IMG/VR virus record: IMGVR_UViG_3300044712_002337
Span: 18,564-82,563 of that record
From: a virus
Taxonomy: Duplodnaviria; Heunggongvirae; Uroviricota; Caudoviricetes
Length of the DNA stretch: 64,000 nucleotides
Reading direction: 5' to 3' (one strand)
Part shown: positions 19,266-28,367 of the stretch, piece after piece
Position numbering within the stretch: the first letter of the stretch is position 1
How the letters are laid out: each line of letters opens with the position of its first letter
The notes under the pieces: model-generated
Databases searched by the model: none
The model's input: the letters and a program-made list of their open reading frames with translations, nothing else
Told to the model about the DNA's origin: nothing
Program-made: the position numbers and the translations under genes

Positions 19266-19619
19266 ATGAGTCTGTTCAACCGGATGACGAACAAGGGGTT
19301 CAAGCGGGTTCACGGGATGCGAACGAAGGAGCGCATCGTCGGCACGGTGGACGGGGTGGAAGTGAAGTACCAGCTCGATGCCGGCATCAACGCGACGGAC
19401 ATCGCGGAGATTGCCGAAACGGTGGCGTCGGAAGGGGTGAAGGTGACGGCGACGGAAACGGTCGAACTGACGGGCGCGGCCGCCGACCGCTCGCGGAGCA
19501 TGGCGTTCAAGGGCCGCGCGGCCGCCGTCGCCCTGTTGCAGCTGACGGGCGAGACGGAAGGGGATGAGGCGACGGCGGACGACGCGGAGTTGGCGGAACT
19601 GGCGTCGCGAACGAAGTGA
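19266..19619 (+). CDS. Hypothetical protein, 117 aa
   Basis: GAGGGG SD then ATG; atypical codon usage block. Confidence 0.7.
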   Translation: MSLFNRMTNKGFKRVHGMRTKERIVGTVDGVEVKYQLDAGINATDIAEIAETVASEGVKVTATETVELTGAAADRSRSMAFKGRAAAVALLQLTGETEGDEATADDAELAELASRTK

Positions 19620-19727
19620 CTCCGATGGGTGGGGCGGTCGTTCCGCCTCATTAAGGAAGGGGTCGCATCGTGCGGCCCGCGGTCCAAACTCCGCGTTCGC
19701 TCCGCTCGCACTCAAGAGGGGTCTGTC

Positions 19728-20453
19728 ATGCCCACTAAGCAAGTGGTCCGCGCCGTCAAGAGCGGGCGGATTCGGGTGGCGACGAAAGAGACGGACGGGT
19801 TCGACCGCGTGGTGATTCGGAACCACGGCATCATCGTCTACGTCAAGGCGACGAGTAAGGCGGCGCGGGAGTTCGACCGCTACCTCGCCCGGTTTGAACT
19901 GCACGCCGAACAGGTGTCGGAAGGGCTGGACTACTGGTGTCGGGCGGACGGCGGGTTCATCGCCTACGTCGGGCAGGATGAGGTGTGCCCTCCCCTCTAC
20001 TATGAGGCGGGGAAGGAGCGGCGGGCGGAACGGCGGAGCGAACCGACGGCGTGGCACGTCATCGGGGACGACGCGGAGATACTCGCCCGTCTGACGAACG
20101 AGTGGTACGTCGACGGTCGCGCTCATGACGTGTGCCCGGTTCGGGTGACGGGTCAGGCGGCCGGCGGCGGGGAACTGTCCGAAGGGGCGAAACGGCGGAT
20201 GCGGGTGCAACGGGAGTTGCGGCTGAAGGACGCGGAAGCGAAACCGAGCGAACGGCAGGCGGACGAAGCGTTCCTCCGCTCCCTGCCGTTGGTCGAACGG
20301 GCGGCCGTACTCGCCCGGCGGGAACGGGAGTTGTCTTACCAAGCGGAAACCTACGTGCCGACCGGCGACGACGAGACGGACGGGCGGGCGCTAGCCGCCA
20401 TCGAGCGGAAGCAAAAGCAGCTCGAAAAACTCGCCGAGCGGATGCTGGGCTGA
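19728..20453 (+). CDS. Hypothetical protein, 241 aa
   Basis: GAGGGG SD then ATG; followed by a terminator. Confidence 0.7.
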   Translation: MPTKQVVRAVKSGRIRVATKETDGFDRVVIRNHGIIVYVKATSKAAREFDRYLARFELHAEQVSEGLDYWCRADGGFIAYVGQDEVCPPLYYEAGKERRAERRSEPTAWHVIGDDAEILARLTNEWYVDGRAHDVCPVRVTGQAAGGGELSEGAKRRMRVQRELRLKDAEAKPSERQADEAFLRSLPLVERAAVLARRERELSYQAETYVPTGDDETDGRALAAIERKQKQLEKLAERMLG

Positions 20454-20468
20454 CGGGTGAGCGCGGCG

Positions 20469-20495
20469 AACCCCCTGGATTTCCAGGGGTTTTTT
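20469..20495 (+). terminator. Intrinsic terminator
   Basis: CCCCTGGA-TT-TCCAGGGG followed by TTTTTT. Confidence 0.8.
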
Positions 20496-20789
20496 CGTGC
20501 GCGGGCGGGCGGGCGCGTGGGCGGGCGGGGTCCGGGGCGAACCCCCTTCGGACCGCGAGCCGCCCGGTTCTTTTAGTCGGGCCGTCCGGCACGCCACAGG
20601 TAGCCGCCGCCGCCGCCGCCCGGGGGCGGACCGGCAGGACGGGCCGAAACCCGTCCCTTTGGGGGCGCCCACCCCGACCGGCCCGCCGAACGCGGATTCA
20701 GTGTACAAAATAACACAACCGTGTCTAAAAAAGCGCACAACGATTGAGTTTCCCTTTTAAAATGACGGGGCGGCGCCCGGGTATGTGGG

Positions 20790-21323
20790 GTGGACCCTCC
20801 CTCCGGACCCGCCCCCGTGCACGAGCCGCAAGCCTTCTGGGATAAAGTCGCCATCACCGACGAGGACGACGACCGCTGCTGGGAGTGGCAAGCCAGTAAA
20901 AACGAGAAAGGCTACGGTCAGTTCCGCGGCCACGTCGCCAGTCGCCTCGCCTACCGTCTCACCCACGGCCCCATCCCGGATGGTCACTACGTCTGTCACC
21001 ACTGCGACAACCCCGGCTGTTGTCGTCCGTCCCACTTGTTCGCCGGGACACCGAAAGACAACTGGGACGACTGCGTCAATAAAGGGCGGGCCCACACGCT
21101 TCCCCCACGCCAGCCGAAAGAGATTCCGCAACTTCTTGTGGAACAAATAGTTAATCTCGCTAACGCGAATCTGACAAACCGTCAAATCGTGACAGAAACC
21201 GGACTAACTTACTCAGCCGTCGCCTCTCGCGTGAGAAAACTCCGCGAGGCCGGCGTTATAACCACAAAACCAAGGACGCGCTGGGACGGAATCGTTGTAA
21301 ACCGGCACCTCGCAAGCGATTAA
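20790..21323 (+). CDS. HNH endonuclease (HNH_3-like) with C-terminal HTH
   Basis: CWEWQASKNEKGYG...SRLAY...VCHHCDNPGCCRPSHLFAGTPKDN; lower GC than flanks. Confidence 0.9.
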   Translation: MDPPSGPAPVHEPQAFWDKVAITDEDDDRCWEWQASKNEKGYGQFRGHVASRLAYRLTHGPIPDGHYVCHHCDNPGCCRPSHLFAGTPKDNWDDCVNKGRAHTLPPRQPKEIPQLLVEQIVNLANANLTNRQIVTETGLTYSAVASRVRKLREAGVITTKPRTRWDGIVVNRHLASD

Positions 21324-21604
21324 TTCAATGATATCACTACGCTATCAGGGGTGAGAGGAGGGCGGGGCAAACTCGCCCTTTCGAGCGGCAGCCCGCGACC
21401 GCGAAATCGCCCCTCCCGACCCCGCACCCGCCCCCGAAACCCGCCCCGGTGCGTCCGCCTACTCCCTTGACTACCTCTAGGTCTAGGACCACACCCGGGC
21501 AAAAGAGTGTTTGTACTAAAACCAAACCCAGCAACCACTTAGGGTGAGCTTACCGGCCTGCATTCCCGGGCCGTCGGCCCCCTCACTTACCCAAGGAGTC
21601 CGCC

Positions 21605-21799
21605 ATGAAAAAGGTCGCCGCCGCCACCGCCCGTGAGCAACGCACTACGCGTCGCCGCAAGATTCTGGCCCGCCGCCGGGCCGAGTGGGACCGCCTGAAC
21701 GAATGGCGGGCCGACTTCCTGGCCTACCAGGCCGCGCATAACGGGGAGATGGATAAGCGGATGACCCGGGCGTACGAGGAAGAACTGCTCTCCCTGTAA
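21605..21799 (+). CDS. Basic hypothetical protein, 64 aa
   Basis: AAGGAG SD then ATG. Confidence 0.7.
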   Translation: MKKVAAATAREQRTTRRRKILARRRAEWDRLNEWRADFLAYQAAHNGEMDKRMTRAYEEELLSL

Positions 21800-21890
21800 G
21801 TTCACTATGTTAAAAGGGTTAAGTCACCCCATACCATCGCACCCCCATCCCGCCCCCGTGGGCACGGTAGGGGTTGCTCGGAGGACAGAA

Positions 21891-22127
21891 ATGACCGACC
21901 GGAAGACCGGGCGGCGGGTCCGCGTCTACGCCCTGCCCGACGTCATCCCGACGGAACTCTGCCAGTACAGTTCCACCGGCCCGTACGCCGAGGGGGAGGA
22001 GCTCGCCGGGAACGAGCACGCCACCGTCCTGCGGGCGGCCGGGGTCGACGGGGCCCGCGTCCTCGTCCTCAACAACCGGTTCGTCAAGTGCGTGGCGTTC
22101 GAGCCGGACGACGGGGGGAAAGAATGA
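21891..22127 (+). CDS. Hypothetical protein, 78 aa
   Basis: GGAGGA SD then ATG at 21891. Confidence 0.65.
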   Translation: MTDRKTGRRVRVYALPDVIPTELCQYSSTGPYAEGEELAGNEHATVLRAAGVDGARVLVLNNRFVKCVAFEPDDGGKE

Positions 22128-22324
22128 CCCCCGAAACCCCAGACCCCCGCCTCCGCGACCTGATAGCCGACCTCGGCCACGTCCTCCGCCCGGCCGTGGT
22201 CAGCCTGTGCCACGACAAGCCGCCGGACGCCGCCCCCCTGGCCCACGCCCTGCTCGCCTGGGTCCGCCGGTACGGGGTCGGGCCGGCCGACCTGGACGCC
22301 ATGACCGCCCTCCGGGCACGGTAG
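22124..22324 (+). CDS. Hypothetical protein, 66 aa
   Basis: ATGA overlap with the upstream gene. Confidence 0.6.
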   Translation: MTPETPDPRLRDLIADLGHVLRPAVVSLCHDKPPDAAPLAHALLAWVRRYGVGPADLDAMTALRAR

Positions 22325-22345
22325 GGTTTCCTCCCAGGACAAAAA

Positions 22346-22729
22346 ATGACCACCTACGAAGCCGAGGAAGAAATCCGCGAGGGGCCCGCCCCGGGCGAAG
22401 AGGAGGCCTTCTGGGCGGCCATCGAGGCCCGCCCGGAGGACCACCTCCCCCGCCTGGTGTTCGCCGACTGGCTGGACGAGCGCGGCCGCCAGGGCGAGGC
22501 CACGGCCTGGCGGGAAACGGTCGGATTCGCCCCGCGTCGGTTTTACACGCTCAACGTCGTGGCCTGGCACGACGCCTCCGTCTTCACGAACGGCGCACCC
22601 GACGACCTGCCTCGGCGGGTGTTCCGGCGCATCGTCAAAGACCCGAAAAACAAGCAGACCGCCGTGTACTTCGACTCCTTCCGCGAGGCGATGGAGGCTC
22701 TGTTCGACGTCTGGCGGGAAGAAGGCTGA
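22346..22729 (+). CDS. TIGR02996 domain protein
   Basis: AFWAAIEARPEDHLPRLVFADWLDERG is the canonical motif. Confidence 0.88.
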   Translation: MTTYEAEEEIREGPAPGEEEAFWAAIEARPEDHLPRLVFADWLDERGRQGEATAWRETVGFAPRRFYTLNVVAWHDASVFTNGAPDDLPRRVFRRIVKDPKNKQTAVYFDSFREAMEALFDVWREEG

Positions 22730-22875
22730 CGGACGAACCCCGAAGCCGCGTCAGGGGAACCCGGTGGGTTAACCTCCCGTCGCCGGGCACGGCCCCTCCC
22801 CCGGTTCGAGCCCGGGCCGCGGCACTGGTGTGATTTCCCCCTTTTAACATCGCGGGCGCAGCCCGCGGAGGCCCC

Positions 22876-23070
22876 GTGACCCCGCCCCCCAAACCCCCGC
22901 TCGCCCACTGGCTGCTCGCCGCCGCCGCCGTCCTGTCCGCCCTGGGCGGGGTGGCCGCCGCCGCCCTGGCGTACGACCCGGCCGCCCCCGTCCGGGGCGC
23001 CGAGTACGGGGTGCTCGGCATGCCCCTGTCCGCCTTCCTGTTCGTCCTGCTGTTCTGCCTGGAAGAGTAA
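22876..23070 (+). CDS. Small two-TM membrane protein
   Basis: Two hydrophobic stretches; flanked by inverted copies of the repeat element. Confidence 0.65.
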   Translation: MTPPPKPPLAHWLLAAAAVLSALGGVAAAALAYDPAAPVRGAEYGVLGMPLSAFLFVLLFCLEE

Positions 23071-23099
23071 AAATCACTATTTTAAAAGGAGAAATACTC

Positions 23100-23210
23100 A
23101 TGTTGGGCAAAATCGTCGTCTACCGGAACAAGCCCGCCCTGGTGGTCGCCACCTTCGCCTCGGGCGCCCTGCTCGTCGAGGTCGAGGGGCGGCCCGTCCT
23201 CATCCCGTGA
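23100..23210 (+). CDS. Small protein, 36 aa
   Basis: AAGGAG SD; MLGKIVVYRNKPALVV...LIP. Confidence 0.55.
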   Translation: MLGKIVVYRNKPALVVATFASGALLVEVEGRPVLIP

Positions 23211-23217
23211 GCGACCC

Positions 23218-23449
23218 ATGAACGGACTCCAGATGGCGGCCGTCACCCAGGCCGTCCTCTCCGCCCTGAACTACGGCGTCCGGTCCGAGCGGGCCCGGGG
23301 GCCGGACCGGTACGAGCTCGAAAACGACGTCCGGGCGGTGGCCGCCGCCGCCCTGCTCGGCGACCCGTTCCCGTTCGACTGGGACAAGTCCCGGGACCTG
23401 GAAGACCTGTACGACCACCTCCGGGGGGGCCGTCCAAATGGGGGACTGA
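23218..23449 (+). CDS. Hypothetical protein with an apparent frameshift at a G7 run
   Basis: With G6 instead of G7 at 23423-23429 the gene ends at TGA 23447-23449, directly before ATG 23450. Confidence 0.45.
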
Positions 23450-23842
23450 ATGAGATACTACCAACAGGCGTTCGAACTCGCGTGCGAGGGGGCCAAAGCC
23501 CCCGAGTGCTGGTACGTCGCCCTGCTCGAACACGTCCCGTATTACGGCGGCCCCGAGGAAGGGGGCTGGTGGGGCACGGACGTGGCCGTCTCGGCCTACC
23601 GCGAGTACCTGACCGAGCGGGACGCCCGGGCCGCCGCGGCGAACGTGGAGCGTCTGGCCGGAGAACTCTCCCTGCGGGCGAAGCGGGACTTCGGGGAACA
23701 GTGCCTCCGGGAGACCGACTGGCTCGACGCCCGCGGGCTGGACGCCGACTTCCTGCCCGAGCCGGACGGGGAGGCCCGCTACAGCGTGTACGTCGGGCGG
23801 GAACTCCCCCAGCCGAGCTACGGGACGAGGGGGTACTCGTGA
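23450..23842 (+). CDS. Phage hypothetical protein (YYGGPEEGGWW motif)
   Basis: GC3-rich frame, 130 aa. Confidence 0.75.
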   Translation: MRYYQQAFELACEGAKAPECWYVALLEHVPYYGGPEEGGWWGTDVAVSAYREYLTERDARAAAANVERLAGELSLRAKRDFGEQCLRETDWLDARGLDADFLPEPDGEARYSVYVGRELPQPSYGTRGYS

Positions 23843-24021
23843 CCGCCTGGCTTTACGAGCGGGACTTCCCGCACGTGAATGCCCTGTACGAAACCGCCGA
23901 ACGCCTCTTTCGGGAGGGGTTCAGAGTGTTCATCCAGGGCTACTCGGCCATGGACTGCAAGGAGATTGTCCGGAGTGCGGCACCCAAAAAGTTGCCGCCG
24001 CCGAGGGGAGCCAACGAATGA
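23839..24021 (+). CDS. Hypothetical protein, 60 aa
   Basis: GTGA overlap with the upstream gene. Confidence 0.55.
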   Translation: MTAWLYERDFPHVNALYETAERLFREGFRVFIQGYSAMDCKEIVRSAAPKKLPPPRGANE

Positions 24022-24269
24022 CCGCTAAGTACTGCGTGTGTGGCCGTCGCGTTGACGGCCTCCTGCTCTGGGTCATCTGGGACAACACCACCATCAAAAA
24101 TCCGTACTGGAATTACGAAACCAAGACGTGGGGTAAGGCCCCGCACTGGACGCCCAACCTGGAAGTTCTGCTCGTCGACTTCGCCCGGCACAACCCCGAC
24201 GACATCCCCGTCGACCCCGAGTTCTCCCTCGTCTTCACGGGGAGTTCTTTGAAACCCTGGATTTTATAA
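24018..24269 (+). CDS. Hypothetical protein, 83 aa
   Basis: ATGA overlap. Confidence 0.65.
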   Translation: MTAKYCVCGRRVDGLLLWVIWDNTTIKNPYWNYETKTWGKAPHWTPNLEVLLVDFARHNPDDIPVDPEFSLVFTGSSLKPWIL

Positions 24270-24286
24270 GGGGAGCGAAGCGAACC

Positions 24287-24610
24287 ATGAAATTGCTCAA
24301 ACAAAAACCCGTCAAAACCCTCACCGTAACCGAGGCTCTAGGTCGGTTCGGGCCGAACAGCAACGCCGGCGGGAAATTATTCGTCCAAGTGTACAAGGAC
24401 AATGAAGTGAGCATCCTCACCCGCTCGCCCGTGTTGGACGACTGGGGGTTCACCAAGGGCGGCGGCATCTGGAGCACCGTCACCAGCAGCCTGGACCTGC
24501 TCGCCGACCGGCTGGTCGACATCGGCCCCAACTGCGAGTACTACCTGTTCGACTCCCTGGTGGAGTTCGCCCGGGCGGTCATCGAGAACAACTGGACATT
24601 TGAAGACTAG
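24287..24610 (+). CDS. Hypothetical protein, paralogue of 37669
   Basis: FDSLVEFARAVIENNW vs FKSLEEFCQTAIERKW. Confidence 0.7.
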   Translation: MKLLKQKPVKTLTVTEALGRFGPNSNAGGKLFVQVYKDNEVSILTRSPVLDDWGFTKGGGIWSTVTSSLDLLADRLVDIGPNCEYYLFDSLVEFARAVIENNWTFED

Positions 24611-24621
24611 GGAGAAATCAC

Positions 24622-25011
24622 TTGACCGAAACCCAAGCGCAAGAGGCCGCCCGGTTCGAGGCGACCGTCCGCAAGGGGTACGCCGACGGCTTCCGCCCCA
24701 AGCACTTCCGCCTGTACGACCTGGAAGACGACGGCCCGTGCGGGTGTGTGCTCGGCGCCGCCCTGCACGGCAGCGGCGTCGGGGCCGCCTTCACCACGAC
24801 GGGCGGGGGCGTGGACTGTCTCGCCCGGCAGTTTCCCCAGTTGGGCAACGACTTCATGTGGGGCGCGGTCTACGGCTACGACCGCCACGTGGTGGTCGGT
24901 CGCCATACGGAGAATCCCGTCTTCCTGGCCGGGTACGCCCTCGGCCGGAAGTTCGACACGGAGGAGAAGGCATGCGGCACGGACTCGTCGCCCTCGTCGG
25001 GGTCTGTCTGA
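24622..25011 (+). CDS. Hypothetical protein, paralogue of 28786
   Basis: CGCVLGAAL...FMWGAVYGYD vs GCCGVGAAAV...YTWGVQLGFD. Confidence 0.7.
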   Translation: MTETQAQEAARFEATVRKGYADGFRPKHFRLYDLEDDGPCGCVLGAALHGSGVGAAFTTTGGGVDCLARQFPQLGNDFMWGAVYGYDRHVVVGRHTENPVFLAGYALGRKFDTEEKACGTDSSPSSGSV

Positions 25012-25103
25012 TGGGGTGCTCTCATGTTAACACAAAAATTGTAGTACAACCCACCGACGACCACAAACGACTGACCTACAGGGTCGAAGTCTCCATCCCC
25101 TAG
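24972..25103 (+). CDS. Small putative lipoprotein, 43 aa
   Basis: MRHGLVALVGVCLMGC|SHV signal II / lipobox pattern. Confidence 0.5.
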   Translation: MRHGLVALVGVCLMGCSHVNTKIVVQPTDDHKRLTYRVEVSIP

Positions 25104-25139
25104 GGGCCTTCGGCCCAATTTTAAAAAGGTGAAAACGTC

Positions 25140-25550
25140 ATGGAACTGAGAAGCCTGGGATTCGCCGAAGGAATGGCCCGCGGGCTGATGGGCGGGTTTC
25201 CGCCCAGTGACACGCCCAAGATGTTCGACTGGGACAAGGCCGCCCAAATCCTGGCCGAGCGGAGACCCGAGAGCGCGGCCGCCGGGTTAGCCGAGGACTG
25301 GGGTTGTACCGGCGGCGTCATCTGGGACGACGGAAAGCCGCAGAAGGACAGCTCGGCCTATCTGTCGTCCGTATGGGCCACCCCCGTCCTCGTGATTGGT
25401 GACGAGGTCATCCCGTGCTGGAAGAGGTTCGACAACCACGGACACGCCGGCGAACACTGGCCGCCGTCCGCCCTGGCCTTGGTCGAAGGGGGCGACCCCA
25501 CTCCTCTCGTCGTCGAGAACCCGTCTTACCCGCGAGGGAACCGGGCATGA
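25140..25550 (+). CDS. Phage hypothetical protein (FDWDKAA...GLAEDW..TGGVIW)
   Basis: SD inside the repeat element; 136 aa. Confidence 0.75.
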   Translation: MELRSLGFAEGMARGLMGGFPPSDTPKMFDWDKAAQILAERRPESAAAGLAEDWGCTGGVIWDDGKPQKDSSAYLSSVWATPVLVIGDEVIPCWKRFDNHGHAGEHWPPSALALVEGGDPTPLVVENPSYPRGNRA

Positions 25551-25903
25551 CCGTCGAAGAACTCCTCCAACACTGGCTGGCAGACCGCGAAGCCGTCGTA
25601 CTCGGTTGGTTCGTCGGCACGGGCCGCGTCCTGATGGAGGACGCGGTCGACCTGGCCGTCGCCTTGGCAGAGGACGACCCGGAGCAGCACATCGCACGGG
25701 GGTTTGCTCGGAAACTGAGGGCGGCGATAGCCGCCAAGCACGCCGACTGCCACCCCGCCCACGTCGCCGTCGGCGAGGGGCGGTTCGCCGACGCCGAGCG
25801 GGAAATCGCCCGGCTGACCGCGGAATACGGCAGCCAGGACTGCGACGTCCTCGACCTGAACCGCCTCCTCCGCTTCAAGAAGTTCGTGGGGGAAAAGAAG
25901 TGA
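25547..25903 (+). CDS. Hypothetical protein, 118 aa
   Basis: ATGA overlap. Confidence 0.65.
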   Translation: MTVEELLQHWLADREAVVLGWFVGTGRVLMEDAVDLAVALAEDDPEQHIARGFARKLRAAIAAKHADCHPAHVAVGEGRFADAEREIARLTAEYGSQDCDVLDLNRLLRFKKFVGEKK

Positions 25904-26478
25904 GGCACGCGAAAGGTAGTTCGGCCCAACCGCACGTGTGGAGCCGCTGGTACTGCAACCTCACCCACCTCACGACCGAGACCACCGCCGGAAAGCGGTT
26001 CGTCACCGTCCAGCGGGGGTTCGCCGGCGGTAAGGCTCTGCTCACCACTCGCCCCAATGGTCCGGACGGGGGGTTCGTGGACAAAATGTACGACACCGTC
26101 GAACAGGCCGTCAGAGCCGGCCGCCGCGCCCTGGGCGTGACCGGTCCGGTCGTCCCACCCCTGGAAAAAGGAGACCCGTCCCCCGTGTTCCCCAACAACC
26201 GCCCCGTCCGCACCACCCAGGAACGCCGGGCCAACCAGGACGAGCCGCTCGCCCGCAAGGCTCGCAAGGGGAAGAACCTGCCGAACGCCTGGGACGACCT
26301 CGTCAACCGGACCGGGCTGAAAATCTGGAAGCTGGCCATCCGCTGGCTGAAGGACGCCGCCAACAAGGGCCGCAAGAAGGACGACGTCTTCTCGGATTTC
26401 AGAAAAAAGCCGGAGTTCAAGACTTTTACCAAAGAAGAGTTCACCCTCCTGTGGAAGTGGCGGATAGACGGGTTCTAA
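25900..26478 (+). CDS. Basic hypothetical protein, 192 aa
   Basis: GTGA overlap. Confidence 0.65.
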   Translation: MRHAKGSSAQPHVWSRWYCNLTHLTTETTAGKRFVTVQRGFAGGKALLTTRPNGPDGGFVDKMYDTVEQAVRAGRRALGVTGPVVPPLEKGDPSPVFPNNRPVRTTQERRANQDEPLARKARKGKNLPNAWDDLVNRTGLKIWKLAIRWLKDAANKGRKKDDVFSDFRKKPEFKTFTKEEFTLLWKWRIDGF

Positions 26479-26537
26479 CCCCCCTTCGGGGGCTTCGGGG
26501 GCAGAGCCCCCGGATGTTAAAAGGAGGAAATCTCCCC

Positions 26538-26804
26538 GTGCACACGACTGTCGTCTCCCCCACCCGCCCCGAGGCCCGCGCCGCCCCCCGGGTCGCCCTG
26601 GGCGACGTCCTCCGGGCCGACCTGCGGGCGCGGTGGGCGGCCGCCGTCGGGCGGGGCGAGCGGGAGGCCGTCCGCCGCTGGCTGCGGGTGGCCGACGCCT
26701 GGGCGGCGGTCGGCGCCCCGGGGTTCCCGCTGGTGCGGCTGGCCGCCCGCCTGGCCGACCTCGCTCTGATTCCGGTCCGGGCGTATCGCCAGGTCGGCGG
26801 GTAG
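26538..26804 (+). CDS. Ala/Arg-rich hypothetical protein, 88 aa
   Basis: AAGGAGG SD inside the repeat element. Confidence 0.6.
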   Translation: MHTTVVSPTRPEARAAPRVALGDVLRADLRARWAAAVGRGEREAVRRWLRVADAWAAVGAPGFPLVRLAARLADLALIPVRAYRQVGG

Positions 26805-26937
26805 AACGTCGATGTTATCAGTAGAAATGAGAGTAGCAACCCTAGCCGGGGCGGCGACTTATGAAAAACAGTATGTTTTAGGGAATTTTTCGCCCGCGAA
26901 AAGCGTCTGATGGGCCTTTTTGGGGTACGAGCTATGG

Positions 26938-28215
26938 ATGATTCGCTCTCAGCGCATTCTCCTGAAGCCGACGCCCCAACAAGCGAAGCAGTTCGAAAGG
27001 TCTGCCGGCCTAGCCCGCTTCGCATGGAACTGGGCACTCGCAATCCGCGAACGACACTGGCGGTGGTTCGGAAAGCGTGAAGGATACCGTCGGCCAACCG
27101 CTATCTCCTTGAATAATCTATGGAGAAGGATTCGAAGGTTTAAATTCCCCTGGACGTACGAACTTAGCAACCGGATTCCTGGGGACTGCTTTCGAAAGCT
27201 GGATTTCGCGTACCACGCCGCCTTTCGGCGGATGAAGGCCGGGTCCGAAGCCGGGTTTCCGAAATTCCACAAGAAGAGGGACGAGTCCAGCTTCATGGTG
27301 GTCCCCGGAAAATCGACGCCGATGAGGCTGAGTGGAACCCGATTCCAAATCCCAAAAATTGGTTTCGTTAAAACTCAATCGAAATTGAGGTGGCCCGGAG
27401 CCACCCAAACCTACGGCCGTGTGAAGCGTGTGGCGGGTCGGTGGTGGCTCACCTTGTCGTACGAACTGCCCGACCCGCCGAAACTGCCGGACGGGAGACC
27501 GGCTTGTGGTATCGACCTCGGGATTTCGAGACTGGCGACGATTGCAAGCGGTGGCCGAGTGGTCGAGGAGGTGAAGTCCCCTTCCCCGTACATGAAGGCT
27601 CAAGAGCAACTGCGGCAGGCGAAGCGGCGGGCGAACCGTAAATCGCGAGGCTCTGCGAATCAGCGGAAGGCACTATTAAAGCTTGCCAAGCTTCACGAGC
27701 GAGTCGCCAGCGTCCGCGGCAACTTCCTGCATCAGTTAACGAACCGGCTCGTCAATCGGTTCGGGGTCATCTGTCTTGAGGACTTGCGAGTCGGCGAGCT
27801 AGCCGGGAAGGGTCTTGGCAAACTAATCCACGATATGGGATGGGGTATAATCCGCCGGCAAATCGAATACAAGGCAGAGACGGCCGGCACGAAAGTCGTC
27901 TTCGCCGACCGGTTCTACCCGAGTTCGAAAACCTGTTCGACCTGCGGTCAAGTGAAAACCAAGCTTGCCCTGGCCGAACGGAACTGGACGTGTGAGGGTT
28001 GCGGCACCTCGCACAACCGCGACGTCAACGCCGCGATTAATCTCGAAAAACTAGGGCGGGGCACGCCCGAAGAAACGCCTGCGGAGACCAGGTCTACGCC
28101 GAAGCGAAAGCTGAGTTGTAGTCGGTCGAGGAAACAGGAAACCCCTTGCTCGCAGGAGCGGCAAGCTGGGGAAATGCCCACGTCAGGACTACCGCCTATG
28201 ACGCCGACGCCGTAG
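26938..28215 (+). CDS. tnpB: TnpB RNA-guided endonuclease (copy 1, no TnpA)
   Basis: LLKPTPQQ...ARFAWNW HTH; RuvC GIDLG / LEDL / RDVNAAINL all intact; zinc finger CSTC...CEGC. Confidence 0.95.
   Translation: MIRSQRILLKPTPQQAKQFERSAGLARFAWNWALAIRERHWRWFGKREGYRRPTAISLNNLWRRIRRFKFPWTYELSNRIPGDCFRKLDFAYHAAFRRMKAGSEAGFPKFHKKRDESSFMVVPGKSTPMRLSGTRFQIPKIGFVKTQSKLRWPGATQTYGRVKRVAGRWWLTLSYELPDPPKLPDGRPACGIDLGISRLATIASGGRVVEEVKSPSPYMKAQEQLRQAKRRANRKSRGSANQRKALLKLAKLHERVASVRGNFLHQLTNRLVNRFGVICLEDLRVGELAGKGLGKLIHDMGWGIIRRQIEYKAETAGTKVVFADRFYPSSKTCSTCGQVKTKLALAERNWTCEGCGTSHNRDVNAAINLEKLGRGTPEETPAETRSTPKRKLSCSRSRKQETPCSQERQAGEMPTSGLPPMTPTP
28050..28195 (+). ncRNA. Putative omegaRNA scaffold of TnpB1
   Basis: Overlaps the 3' end of tnpB. 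Shares CGCCTGCGGAGA, GAA(A/G)CAGGAA and GTC(A/C)GGACTACC with the TnpB2 end. Confidence 0.6.
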
Positions 28216-28241
28216 CGTCACAATCAAGAATAACGTGTACG

Positions 28242-28269
28242 ACGGGCGGGGTTAACTCGCCCGTTTTTT
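28242..28269 (+). terminator. Intrinsic terminator
   Basis: ACGGGCG...CGCCCGT followed by TTTTT. Confidence 0.75.
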
Positions 28270-28367
28270 CTTGTCCTAACATTAACAGTATTAATAACTT
28301 AATAAAAGCCGACGGAATTGTGGGAATAAAATGACCTTTCGGCGCATCTAGGACGTACCGACCTTTT

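Noticed and set aside
21324-21600. tRNA or sigma-70 promoter in the intergenic gap
   Set aside because: No cloverleaf or TTCGAA-CC arm pattern; TTGACT at 21467 has no -10 box at a suitable spacing.
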